Shown here: piece by piece, positions 42,679 through 56,065 of the stretch
Layout: each line of letters begins with the position of its first letter
How positions within the stretch are numbered: the stretch's first letter is position 1
NCBI GenBank assembly: GCA_964016885.1
Contig: OZ024743.1
Coordinates: 116,684,001-116,748,000, forward strand
Source of the DNA: Eledone cirrhosa
Lineage: Eukaryota
Length of the DNA: 64,000 nt
Reading direction: 5' to 3'
Notes under the pieces: generated by a model
What the model was told of the DNA's origin: nothing
What the model saw: the letters and a program-made list of their open reading frames with translations, nothing else
Databases searched by the model: none
Translations under genes and position numbers: made by a program

Positions 42679-43675
42679 GGAAGAAATGAAACGAAATTTC
42701 ATTTCCCACTCTTAGTGCGGATGTTACTTAAATTTAAGTATGTATACGTACATACATATATGTATACATACGTACAGTAGTATGTATATACACATACATG
42801 CACACATATATATATGTACGTATGGATTCACCGAACATTTATTATAATGCTCGGTGTGTTTGTAAACAAACATCCTTAATTAAGCCGGACAGTGTCTAGC
42901 AACCATCGTTGCTCATTTGTTCAACACTGACAAAGGAACGCTGTACTAGTTTCAAGCTTATTAGCTATCGTCAGCACCGTATACCTTCCAGCCAGATGAT
43001 TGACCGTCTGAAAGTATATACTTTTCTTATGCATATTAACGGCTGAGCAGCCTAATTTGCATATCGAGTGAGTTAATCGGCTGGGGCACGGAAAACGATA
43101 AACGGATAAATGAAACGAAATTTCATTTTTCACTCTTAGTACGGCTGTTACTTAAATATAAGTATGTATACGTACATACATATATGTATACAGACGTACA
43201 GTAGTATGTATATATATATATACATACATGCAAATATATATATATATGTACGTATGGATTCACCGAACATTTATTATAATGCTCGGTGTATTTGTAAACA
43301 AACATCCCCAATTAAGGCGTACAATGTCTAGCAACCATCGTTGCTCATTTGTTCAACACTGACAAAAGAACGCTGTACTTGTTTCAAGCTTATTAGCTAT
43401 CGTCAGCAACGTATACCTTCCTGTCAGATGATTGAACGTCTGAAAGTATATACTTTCCTCATGCATATTAACGGCTGAGCAGCCTAATTTGCATATCGAG
43501 TGAGTTAATCAGGTAGGGCACCGAAAACGATAAACGGAAAAAAATCGGGATGTTTGTTTACCGAGCATTATAATAAATGTTCGGTGAATCCATACGTACA
43601 TATATATATGTGTGCATGTATGTATATATATATATATATATATATATACATACTACTGTACGTATGTATGTACGT

Positions 43676-43680
<5 letters not shown>
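42675..43680 (-). mobile_element. Tandem octamer-TATA-hammerhead repeat, subfamily B (two units, 432 bp period) plus inverted tail
   Basis: HHRs at 42938-42980 and 43370-43412; octamers at ~43055 and ~43487; inverted segment 43547-43680. Confidence 0.9.
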
Positions 43681-43761
<81 letters not shown>

Positions 43762-43762
<1 letters not shown>

Positions 43763-46700
43763 AAAGTGAGGTTTTTTTACGAAAAGAAAAAAAACGAATG
43801 CCCTACATGAGTGAAAGTATAAGGAAAAAAGATGAAATCGAAAATGCAGCTGGAGTCTTCTTTTATAAAAATATATAATTATTTGGTTTCTTTACCGATT
43901 TCACAGTTCTTCTGCTTTTCAAAAGTAGAATTGTGATGGAGGGTGTGTGTTTTTTTCTCACATCTGGTTGGTGTTTGAATGTTACTTCTGTTTTATATGG
44001 AAAAAGTGGCTCGAAATGCTAGGTTTTTACAGCAGTAATTTGGTTGGATGGTAAATAAGTATAATAAATTTCGCGCCTATTCGCGTTACAAAGTTATTAT
44101 ATTTGCCTTTTAAAAAAAAGGTGTGTGTGTGGGGGGGGGGGTTGATCCAGTCACATGAATAAGCACATCAGCTTTCGCGCCAGTTGTGTTTGAATTTCTT
44201 TTTACTTAAAAAAGTTGGCTCACGATGGTTTTTTTTAATAAATGTAATTTGATTGGTTATAAATGAAATTATGACTGTCACTTGAACAAGTACATCAAAT
44301 TTTGCGCCCGTACTTTGGAATTTGTTTTGTAGCCTTTGAGAGAATTTTGTACCAAACAAAAGATAATGGTCAAGAAAAACGGGATGGAGAGAATTGTTCT
44401 GGTTCAGTGAATATGGCTGATGTGCTAGGGTATCAAAATTCAGACTTTCTATTGAAATAAAGAAAGTAGAGATATGTATGTTTATTTGTGTGCTGGTGTG
44501 TGTGCGTGTGGGTGTGTGTGAGTAGGAAGATGATTCTATTAATAGAAATGGTGGAGGGAGTTGTGTGTGAGTGTGTGTGTGTGTGGGGGGGGGTTATGGT
44601 TAGCATGTTAAGATGGAGAGAATATATATATATTTGTGTGTGTGTGTGTGTAGGAAAATGATTCCGTTAGTAGAGATGGGGGATGGAGTTATGTGTGTGG
44701 GGGCTTGTGGTTAGCATGTTAAAGTGTTAAAGTATGTTAAGTATGTTAAAGTGTTAAGCGTATTAAAGTATGTTAAGGTTTATTTAGTTCTGGTTTTTAT
44801 TTTCTAAAATAGAAGGTATGTGTGTGTGTATGTATATGTCTGTTTGGATGGTTAGCATGTTGATATAATGTATATTAAACTATATTTAATTCTGGTCTAT
44901 ATTTTTGAATAAATATATTTTCCTTATTTATTCGTATTTGTTCTGTTGTATTGTCAGTGCAGAGATAAAATAGGAAGACTTGGAATTTGGGTGTCTGATT
45001 ACTTACGCATATGTCTAGATGTTCACTTAATGGTATCTGTCTTGTGATCAGATCTCGTAATTGTTGGCGATGAACTGTCAATCTGTTTCAGAGTGTGAGT
45101 TTAGTTTGTCCTATATAATCTTCATTGCATCCTTTACATTTAATGGCATACATCAGATTTTTTGATGAGCAAGTGAAGTGATTTTTTACAGCAAAATGTT
45201 GTCCTGATTGAAATGTATACATGTTGCCTTCAATGAAGTGAGTACAGGTTCCACAATTAGAGCGACCACATTTTTTGACAGTTGGTTGTGGGTTTGTGGT
45301 AGGTAATTTCGCATTGGTGAGTAATGTTTTTAGTGAATTCAGTTGTCTTTTGCTTTTGATTATTTTGTGCGTTTCAAGGGCTTTTTTCATTCTTGGGTCT
45401 TGTTTCAATAGTGGGATGTTCTTGTGAATAGTGTTGTAAGCTTCCGTATTTCTTGGGTTGTGTGTTGAGATATATGATAGAATATTGGACGTACCTTGAA
45501 TTTGTTTCTGTTTTTGTAATTCATCAATGCCTATTGCTTTAGCCCTTTCTATTCCATTATTTATTAGTAATTGTTTCTACTCATTGGCACAAGGCCAGCA
45601 ATTACCCAGTACATTACTGGTACTTTATTTTATCGACCCCGTAAGGATGAAAGGCAAAGTTAGCCTCGGCGGGATTTGAACTCAGATCATAAATGGACAT
45701 AACTATGCAAGAAAGCATTATTTATTAGTAATGGTGGGTACTGTCTTTCGAGTAGAATTTCCTTTAATTCTTGAAGTCTTTTATTTCGCGTTTCATAATT
45801 GGAGACAATTGTGCAAATTATTCTTGCTAGGTTAAAAGGGATGGTCGTCTTCGTATGCTTTGGATGGTTGGAGGTGAATAGCAGGTATTGTTTGCAATCT
45901 GTTGGTTTGTAGTGTATGTCAGTTTCAATATTTATGTCTTTTTTTATGATTAAGATGTCCAGAAATGGGAGTTGATCTTGGCTGTATTCCATTGTGAATT
46001 GGATGTTGTTATTGATGCTGTTAATTAAATTTTTGAAATCATTTAGTTGGTCGAGTGTGTGAGACCAAAGAATGAGACAATCATCCAAGTAGCATTTCCA
46101 ATTCTCTGATAAATATTTGTGGATGTTCAATCCGCATTTTGATTTGGAATGTTCATATATCTGGTCTTCCAAGTATGCCATGACTAAGCTGGCATAAGCT
46201 GGAGTGACTTTTGTACTCCATCGCACTCCCCGATATTTATTTGTAAGTACTGCTATCGAAATCAAAAAAGTTGTTTTGTAAAATAAATGTTAATCCCTCG
46301 GTGATGAAGCTTGTTTCTAATTCTGTCAGGTATATCATTGGGATATTTTTCTAGCCAGAATCCTATTGCTTCTAGTCCGTATTGGTGTGAGATCGTTGTG
46401 TAGAGATTCACTACATCGAAAGTCACAATAATATTGTCGTTGTTGATATATTTGGGGAGGTGGTTTAAGAGTTCCAGATTGTCTCTTACAAGGCTTGGTA
46501 TGTGTTTGAGCATTGGTTTTAGTAGTATGTCTATAAAGTTGCTTAGTCTGTGTGTTTCACATTGTGGGCCCGCTACAATTGGTCTTAATTTAAGGTCAGT
46601 TGGGGTATTGTGAGGTTGAGGGGGATTATTTTACACTTGTGGATCTTCGGAAGCCCGTAAAGGTTGCTGGTTTTGTATTTAAAATATATTAAACAATCGC

Positions 46701-47710
46701 GTTTTGTTTTTGTTAAGTCTGCCTGGTATCGACAAATGAATGTGTTTAATCTGGTCATCGTTTTGATTGGTGGTAGATTTTTACTCTTTCATAGTAGTTA
46801 GTATCTTGTAAGAGAGAGAACATAGAATTTTTATATTGCTCAGCATCCATAATGACGACAGTACTACCCTTTTCCGCTTCCTTAATTATATTGTCAGTAT
46901 TGTTAATGGATACTCTCCAATTCCATTCGACTTGTGTTGGGTTTGGGTTTAGATTGCGGTAGTTCATGGTATGGGAAAGTTGCTATGTGGTCACAAAATT
47001 TGTCCAGAACTCTGTTCCTACCCTTTGTTGGGTTGTAGCTGCTTTTATTCCATACAATTGATTGGTCGTTATTTTCCTTGTCAAAAAATTCCTCTGTGAG
47101 ACGTAATTTTCTACAGAAGTGTGAGATATCGTCATTTATCTCATTGAGGTTAGAGTATTGTGGTGTTGGTGTGAAATTCAGTCCTTTGGTGACAATTTTA
47201 ATTTGTTGGACTGAGTAGTTTGTATTTGAAAGGTTGATTATTTTTGGTTTTTCAAAATCGGTTTGTGCCACCGGGTGTCGTGGGTCCTGTAACCTTGGTA
47301 TAAAACATGATTTTCCTGAATTGTCTTTTCATGGGTATTATTATATCTAATGGCATTTCCCCTGTTGTTGTGTGGTCTTGTATATAAGTTTCGGACGTAT
47401 TGAGGTTCGGCTGGTTGATGGTCCGGGTTGTATATGTTGTTCTTTTGTGTGGTTTGGGACCTACGATTTTGGAACAGGTTCTGTGTGGCTTGGGGTCTAC
47501 GGTTTTGGAATAGGTTTTGTGTGGGTTGTGATCTGTGGATCGGGTCCAGTCTTGTGTTGGGGGACATTCGTTTTTTTTTAGTAGGGTTATAGTTTGTCTA
47601 TGGGTTCTGGGATTATCGTCATAGTTTTACTGGGGGTATGTCGGACGTTTTGTTACTTTTTTTGTTATGTTGTGAGTGTGGTATGTGAGTTTTAGTTTGT
47701 TTTAAAACTA
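43762..47710 (-). mobile_element. Penelope-like retroelement (Neptune-like), decayed
   Basis: KIINLS, KGLNFTPTP, IIKEAEKGS, YGLPKIHK, FDVVNLYT, YLDD, LPFLD, CGRSNCGTC, MYAIKC..YIGQT; multiple frameshifts; terminal ~210 bp also at 31825-32037; (TA)n flanks. Confidence 0.88.
45572..45715 (-). mobile_element. 5'-truncated SINE inserted into the Penelope-like ORF with target-site duplication
   Basis: CATTATTTATTAGTAAT at 45555-45571 and 45716-45732. Confidence 0.9.
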
Positions 47711-47733
47711 ATGTGTGTGTGTATATATATGTA

Positions 47734-47827
<94 letters not shown>

Positions 47828-47842
47828 CATACACATATATAC

Positions 47843-47893
<51 letters not shown>

Positions 47894-48096
47894 CACATAT
47901 ATATACACACATATATACATATATATACATATATACATATATTATATACATATATATATATACACATATATACATATATACATATATAAATATATACATA
48001 TACAAATTATATACACCGATTGGTCGAAATACAGTTTGAACAATTTCTGTAGCCACTTTTCACTGTATATAGGGCACAAAATGTACCCATCTCATT

Positions 48097-48330
48097 ACAG
48101 TTGAAAATGTTAAACTTGACTGTCACCACAGAATATGAACCTGAAGATTGCGAAAGCATGAAAGTACCTGTTCAATTAACACTTAACATTTAATATTCTA
48201 CCATACTATTTCATTCTAATACCATTATAATTTTAAAGGATTGTAAATAAAACGAGTAAATCAGACAAAGCTGGAATCCCTTTTATTAATATAATCTTCT
48301 ATACATAATCATACACACCCGTGTATATTT
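48097..48330 (+). mobile_element. pLTR-like repeat with hammerhead (48136-48174), same family as 1086-1320
   Basis: TGAAC-CTGAAGA-TTGCGAAAGCAT-GAAA-GTACCT-GTTCA (cleavage-site U>C). Confidence 0.85.
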
Positions 48331-48843
48331 ATTTATATATATATATATACACATATATACATATGCGTATATATATTAAAATATTTGGTTATAACGACTT
48401 GCGACTCCTACCTTTGTTCATTTTGCTTATATAATTATATATACATATACATATATATACACACACAGTGTGTGTGTAGTTACGTGTGTGTATGAGTGTT
48501 TGTTATCGATTGAAAGAATGTGCCAAAGAAAGAAAGACCTTATTGGTATATCTAATAAAGACAATATGTTAGCTACTGAAATATTGGGAGGGCTGGATAC
48601 TTTCAATTTAAGATTACCTCCATTTACTCACACATTATCTGCATCTGCACTACACACACACACACATATTTATATATATATTTAATCAACAATGATGATG
48701 ATGATGAAGATAAATATATATATATTATAACTAGTTAACCACTCACCGTCGAAACAGCAAGAGCTCATCTGTCAGGCAGAAACTCATTACAATACCTACT
48801 TTCTACTTTCTTAAGTATCGAGTACTAAGCTGAACAATAGTCT

Positions 48844-49639
48844 AACACATATATTTTTATTGTTTGACCCGAATTACTTGGTCGTTTGTTTTGGCTGTGC
48901 GGATGATATGTTTAACCATCATCTCAGTGTGTTTGGCCCTTAACGTATGTTGTAGCTCTGATACACATGAATCATCGAGCGCTTGCCACACATATCGGAT
49001 GTTGATTTTCGTTAATTCCTGAGCTGAAAACGATTCTCGCTGATTTATATTAATCTCCAGAGTATAGCTATTGAGCAGTTAATTTTATTGATTTTTTTTT
49101 AGTTACTTCTATTGACTGCTGAATAGCTCTGTTATATTTAACCATTCTGTCTAGAGCTTTATTCGATTTGTGATATTTTGCATTCTCGCAATATTATACG
49201 CAACTGAATCATTCGCCTAATAGAGGTGTTGCCTCCCTTGCTGAAACCCACGTGGGGTCAGTAATAGCCACACTATCTATAGCATTTTGGAGCAAAACCC
49301 GTTGATAACACGACTGCCTTGTTCATCATCTCACCAGAAGCCTAACATACTTTATGTAGGCGGACAGTACCTGATTTTGGAGTCGCAGAAATCAATACTG
49401 GATTTTACCATCAGTCCAGTGTCCGGGAAAGTATCAACACATATATCTTTATTGTTTGACCCGAATTACTTGGTCGTTTGTTTTGGCTGTGCGGATGATA
49501 TGTTTAACCATCATCTCAGTGTGTTTGGCCCTTAGCGTATGTTGTAGCTCTGATTCACATGAATCATCGAGCGCTTGCCACACATATCGGACGTTGATTT
49601 TCGTTAATTCCTGAGCTGAAAACGATTCTCGTTAAATTA

Positions 49640-49640
<1 letters not shown>
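48844..49640. repeat. Element with ~200 bp direct terminal repeats (period ~592 bp)
   Basis: AACACATATAT..TTATTGTTTGACCCGAATTAC...GAAAACGATTCTCG at 48844-49050 and 49436-49640. Confidence 0.85.
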
Positions 49641-49671
<31 letters not shown>

Positions 49672-49716
49672 ATGTAATACTGTTGGCTTTTTGCTACAAT
49701 ATTTTCTATACCTTTC

Positions 49717-49777
<61 letters not shown>

Positions 49778-51952
49778 CAATTAATAAATATTAAGAAACA
49801 CGAATTATAATAATTAATCAATCCACTGTTTTATGACTGATTCAGAGTGTGTATATGTTTATGCGTGTGCGTGATTTCAAGGAGATTTGTAACTGCTTAG
49901 AGGCTTACCCATTGGCTCGTTGACTGTGGTTTGTTTTGTTGCTTGGCTGGTTGGTTTTCTGGCTGTCTGGCTGTCTAGTCGTTTGTTATGATGTTAGAGA
50001 TGACTGCTTGTTAGCAGATCGTGTTTTCTTCTCATCAAAACAAATCTTATCTTTACATTAATATTTTAATTCCATCTTCTTCCTTGTCAAATGTAAACAA
50101 CATTTATCACCTTTATCCATGATATGATGTCAGAATTTTTTAAGTGGTAACATTTAAATAAATAGATTTAAATTCGTTAATACATATGACATATATGAAC
50201 AAATCGATGAGCTATAGACGTGATATTTGATAAATTAGTAAATATAATTATATTTTTATATATCATGTAGTTTAAAGATTTAGAAAAGCTGTTAAAAGAG
50301 CATTAACAACGTTTGATTGTTTTAGACAAATGTCAATTCTCAATTGCCATGTCATCATATTTTATTTGGAGGAAAATGGGGCAAATTGTAGTCAAATGTG
50401 ATCATTTTAAAGGCAATCCACGAATAATGACATGAAGGTGGGGGAGTGGTGATGAAAATGAGATGACCCACTTTTCAGTAGAATTGCAATTTAGAAAATA
50501 TTGATTTTCTTATGATTTGCAGCTGGGACAAAATAGTCTGAACTATTGTGTGACGAAATAATCAATTAAAATGATCTCATTTCTTGACAATTGATGGTTG
50601 AAAGGAATAGTTAATACAATAATAATAATGATGTTTTTAAATCCATCCCAGTTCGTTACTGCTACTTTATTTTATCGACCCCGTATGGAGGAAAGGAAAA
50701 TCTAACTTCGACTGGATTTGAACGTAAATGGCCATAACTATATGCCGCAAAGAACGTTTCCAACGCTCTACCGATACTGACAATCACCGCCCTAGTAATT
50801 ATTTCTACATTTGGCACAAAAGCAGAAATTTAACTGGAAGGGATATGTCGATTAAATCGACCCAGTGTCATACTGGTGCTTTATTTCATCGGCTCTTTCA
50901 TCTGCTGAATTTGAACTTAGACGGTAATGACCAGGGAAATACTACTTATCATCTACCATCTAACAAACATTCTTGCAGAGCCCATCACTTCTCCAGGGCT
51001 GAACACAACCGTTTCCTTCCAGGGATAGTGAGGAAAATATATGGAGGAAGAATCAACTCCAGCGCTGGTCTGCTATATTTTAATGAATCTGGAAAGGATG
51101 AAAGACAATTTGGCCTCGGAAGGTTTCGAACTCAAAGAGCATTCTATTCTCTCTGACGTTCCTATAACTTTGCCATTTCGCTGCCTAAAAGAATAATAAC
51201 AACGATGATAAATTAAATGATGGCACCACAGAGGGTGTAATCTGTTTTATATTTAATATACAGTCAGTCACATTACTGCTAACAATTGTGTTGCATTCAC
51301 CAATTGATATTAAAAAAAAACTTCTTCAGCAGCAATATTTTCTATATTTTTCAAAGTTTTATCAGCTTGCTATTATTGTACGATTTCCTTCGGCTATTGT
51401 ATTTAAGTTTTAAACACATTTATTATTTTAATTTTATGATTTTATCACAGTTGATCGAAGTTTTTTCAAAACAAGATATTTGATACCCGATAACCTACTT
51501 TTATTACCTAGCAGCGATCCTACTTCTCCAGCCAATTTCTTCAAGAGAAGGATAGGAAATAAGAAAAATATACAGAAGAAATTTAACTCAGTGCGTGACT
51601 AGTTTATCGACCTTGAAAGGATAAAAAGCGAAGTTGGTCGACGACTGGATTTGAACTGAGAACCTAGAAGCCGGAATTAAAAGAGCAAACAATTCCATCT
51701 GACGTTCTAACGACACTGCCAATTTGCTGTCTTGTTTAGTTGTACTGATACTATTTTGTCATCATAGACATGCTGCAATAGTTGCTTTGAATGTCTATAC
51801 TTAGAAAGAACATTATATCAACAAGCACTTAATATTAAACAATATAAATCAAGTATACTTCTATGTTATAAAAACTATATGAATTTTGAGATTGTAAAAT
51901 ATATAAAAACTTTATTATCATTAAAAGCGTAATTGCTTCTCTCGCATCAGCA

Positions 51953-52031
51953 AGTCCTGTTGTACTAATAATATGTTTGCAGTCCTGTTGTACTAATAAT
52001 ATGTTTGCAGTCCTGTTGCACTAATAATATT
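51953..52031. repeat. 28 bp minisatellite x ~2.8
   Basis: AGTCCTGTTGTACTAATAATATGTTTGC. Confidence 0.9.
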
Positions 52032-52169
52032 TTTGGAACATTAGCCTTTAAAAGATATTAGATTGACAATATGATCGATGGTAAAAAAACATAGATTTGA
52101 ATGATTTATATTTTATTTTATATATCGCTTCGCTTACCACCAGCATCCCTTCCATAATATGTTATTAAT

Positions 52170-52305
52170 AATAATTGTTACTACTTTTGGCACAAGGCCA
52201 GCAATTACCCAGTGCATTACTGTTACTTTATTTTATCTACCTCGTAAGGATGAAAGGCAAAGTTAACCTTGGCGGGATTTGAACTCAGACCGTAAAGGGA
52301 CGTAA
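52170..52305 (-). mobile_element. tRNA-derived SINE (truncated); older relatives at ~21030-21190, 50650-50790, 51600-51730, 52470-52670
   Basis: Shared core GGATGAAAGGCAAAGTTAACC..GATTTGAACTCAG. Confidence 0.75.
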
Positions 52306-52857
52306 ATAATAATGATAATGTAAATGATCGTTTCAGTGTATATGCCATCTGAACCCAATTCAGTCATACACAAATCGGTTACAATAGGAGTAAACAGGAC
52401 GTGTGTAGTTATATAAACATTGTTATATAAATACAAGGGATAGGATAAAATTGTTAGACAATATATTAATTTTTAATTTAGGCACAAGGCTAGCAAATTT
52501 AAGACAAGGGTTAAACTTGATTAAAGGAAATCCAGTATTTGACCGGTACTTTATTTCATCGACTCCGGGATGATGAAAGGCAGAGTTGACATCTGCAGGA
52601 TGTGATGCCAAAATGGAAAGAATCAGAAGAAATATCAAATTTGCCATTTTATCCGACGATCTACCAATGTTATACATTATATTGTATCATACAAATAAAT
52701 ACAGATAACATGCATAGAATAATTTCCATATTTATATAAGAAGGTGTGTGTGTGGGGGTGGGGGGTGTTAAGGGTGAAAGCAGCGATTCTTTGATTAAAC
52801 TTTAATCTGTTCTTATAAATATTTGTTCTACGGGTTTATATATATATAGAGAGAGAG

Positions 52858-55080
52858 AGCAGCTGCAGAGGTGTTGATGGTCTCAGACCTGGCCACCTCA
52901 AGGAGTTGATATCCTCCCCTCCGCTGAGGCCGGGCGCTGCCTTCTGAGTGCAGTTGTGTCGCTCACCAATAGGTTCCTCCATGTGCCCTGGATCCTTTCG
53001 CCCAAGGCCTCTTTTTCTCGGCCAGCCTCACCGCTCTCAAGAAGAAAGAGGGTGGCATACGCCTCATTGTTGTGGGCAATGTCTTCCGGAGGCTGGCTGC
53101 CAAGGTAATCTGCAAGTCCATAACACACGAACTGGGTGAGGAGTTTAGACCGGTGCAACTGGGTGTCGGCGTGTCCGGTGGCTGTGAGGGGGCCGCTCAT
53201 GCAACCAGGAAGTTCTTCAAAAGCTGTCCATCGGAGCCGGCATCCATGGACTCCAGGCACCTCTTTGTCAAGCTTGACATGAGGAATGCCTTCAACTATT
53301 TACGCCTAGATCATCTGCTCGAGGCCTGCCTCAGCCTAGCCCCCTCTGCCTACCCGAAGGCCTACCTGTCGTTTGGAGCCCTGAACATGCTCCTTGCTGC
53401 TGTTACGGTCATATCCTCGACTACTGGGGTCCAACAGGGCGACTAGGGACCCCTCCTCTTCGCCCTTGGTATTGACCCCATCGCCTGGAGTATCACGGCC
53501 CTTATCAACGTTTGATATCTGGATGATGCTACGTTGGGCGGGCCCGTACGGACCGTCTGCCATGACCATCAATCGGTGGTTCCGGCCATGACGGGAATCA
53601 CATCCAGGTCAATTCGGCCAAATCGGAGATGGTGAATGTCAGGCTCGATGCTGCGAGCTTTGCAGCCTCCGTCTTGGACGTGCGGTCTCTTCTCCACTAG
53701 GTTCAGGTAACCCCCAAAGAGGATGTCGTCATCTTCGGGCCACCGATCTACCCGCCGGCCATCCGTTCCACCATCAGGTCTAGGCTTCAACAACTCCAGA
53801 CACTCACGAGCCGACTAGTCTTGATTGACGGCCACCCACCCCTCTTTCTGCTGAGGAACTGCTTCGCCAAAGCTCCTGTATACCCTCCGCAGCGCTCCGT
53901 GCTACACCCAGAAATCTCTCCTCGCTGATCTCGATAATTGTATCCGAACAGCAGCCGAGGAGATATGCAACGTCAAGTTTGACGACATAGGGTGGTAACA
54001 GGCCACTTTACCTGTCAGATATGGCGGCTTTGGTCTCCGGTCCCGATCTCACTAGCTTTTCCGGCATATCTTTCGTCGGTAACCTGGTGCCGCGTGCTCG
54101 TCAGCAGGGTTCTTCAAAACACAACAGAACCCTCTGTGTTCAGAGAACGTGATGCCACCTGTGAGACGTGGGACCGGCTGGGACTTAGCCCACTAGACGT
54201 CCCTCATCCTTCTCTCCCTGTTGGCGTCAAGTCCCCCCAACATACTTGTGATGCCAATCAGTGCAGCCTGGCCTCAGACAGACTAACGCGCCAGCTCGAC
54301 TAGCACCGCCTTGCTTGTTTTCGTGCGGCCTCCAAACCCCAGTGGTCCCTGGCTCCATGCCCTGCCCTCCTTCTCCACTGGCACGCAGCTAGACAACCAT
54401 AGCCTGTGCATCGGCGTTTCCCTGAGGCTCGGCCTCCGGATCTGCCAGCGACACCAATGTCGCTGCGGTTCCACCGTGGATTCTTTCGGCCTCCCCCCGC
54501 TTTCCTGTCGCCACAGTGCCGGCCGCATTTCACGCGATGCTGCCCTCATCGAGGTCATTAAACATTGCTTCGATGCTGCAGGATTCCCTTCCCAGCTCGA
54601 GCCGGTAGTGATGGATCGAGGGGGCGGCAAAAGGCCAGATGGCATAACGATCTTCCCGTTCCACGGTGGCAAAACCCTCGTCTGGGATGCCACTTGCACC
54701 GACACTTTCTGCAGCCGAAACCTAGTCAGGTTCTGCTGCACGTCGGGCTCTCCGACAGGTTTGCGGTCGTACCCCTGGCAGTGGAGACTTCTGGTGTCCT
54801 CGGCGCCAGGGCTACGTCTATACTCACCACCATAGACGCTGAGCTTGCCAGCCGCAGGTGTGAGCCCCGCGAGTTGGAGTGGCTTTTCGAGCGCGTCTCC
54901 CTTGCCGTCCTCCGGGCAAACGCCATCTCCATTCTGTCCGTCGGGGCTGAGAGTGGGCCCTATCGCGTATCATTTTTGTAAATTTGACAACAATCTATCC
55001 AACTAACGACGTATTATCTTCGCTTTTTTCCCATTCTTTCTGTATTAAGATATTCTAAATTTATTAGTTTAACTGTATTA
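52858..55080 (+). mobile_element. CRE-clade non-LTR retrotransposon (RT + restriction-like endonuclease), 5'-truncated and decayed
   Basis: GVDGLRPGHL, KKEGGIRLIVVGNVFRRL, QLGVGVSGGCE, KLDMRNAFN, GVQQGD-LGPLLF, YLDD, WLHALP, CRC..SC, KRPDG..WDATC, PLAVETSG, RANA; frameshifts and stops. Confidence 0.88.
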
Positions 55081-55097
55081 TATATATATATATATAT

Positions 55098-56010
55098 GAA
55101 TTGGCAGTATCGGTGAATTGGCAGTATCGGTAGAGGGTCGAACATGGATTACAGCATAGTTACGTCCCTTTACGATCTGAGTTCAAATCCAGCTGAGGGT
55201 AACTTTGCCTTTCATCCTTACGCGGTTGATAAAATAAAGTACCAGCATGTACTGGGTAATTGCTGGCCTTGTGCCAAAAATATAAACAATTATATATATA
55301 TATGTGTATGCATGCATGTATGTATTTACATGTGTGTGGTGTGTGTTGAACTGCATGACATGTTTCTTCATCAGCTGTTGGCAAAAGTTCTCAAAGGCAC
55401 TATTGCTTCCTCGACAGTGTCGTCCGCTCGCTGCCAAGCAACAATAAAAGCTACTAGGGAATGTTCGGATAGTTTTTGATTATACTGTCGAAACGTTTTC
55501 CTTTCGCTATCCATTTAACACGTAACAATTTGGCACTGTTGTCATTTAGCCTTTGTTTTAGAAATTATTAATATTATTATTGTTGTTGTTTTTTTGTTAG
55601 AGCGGTAGATTGGCAGAGTCGATAGTGCGTCGGACAATATGCTTTTGGCATACAGTTGCGGCCCTTTAGGCTCTGAGTTCAAATCCCGCTGAGGTTAGTT
55701 TTGCCTTTCACCCTGACGGGTTCGATAAATAAAGCAGCAGTAATGGACGGGTGGGGGGGGGGGAGATTTAATCGACTTTCCACATCCCTTCAAATTGCTG
55801 GCCTTGTGCCTAAAATAGAAACAATTATTGAATTGGCAGTATCGGTAGAGGGTCGGACGCCATGCTTTCCAGCATAGTTACGTCCCTTTACGATCTGAGT
55901 TCAAATCACGCCGAGGTTAACTTTGCCTTTCATCCTTACGGAGTCGATAAAATAAAGTACCAGTAATGCACTGGGTAATTGCTGGCCTTGTGCCTAATGT
56001 AGAAACAATT
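55098..56010 (+). mobile_element. Cluster of three tRNA-derived SINEs (55098-55290, 55598-55828, 55829-56010)
   Basis: Box A-like TGGCAGTATCGG, box B GAGTTCAAATC, shared core, (ATT)n tails. Confidence 0.88.
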
Positions 56011-56020
56011 ATTATTATTA

Positions 56021-56061
<41 letters not shown>

Positions 56062-56065
56062 ATTA

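Noticed and set aside
51953-52031. 28 bp repeats as a possible CRISPR array
   Set aside because: No spacers, direct tandem copies, eukaryotic context, no cas genes
55829-56010. tRNA genes suggested by box A/box B motifs
   Set aside because: No cloverleaf; they are heads of dispersed SINE copies with (ATT)n tails
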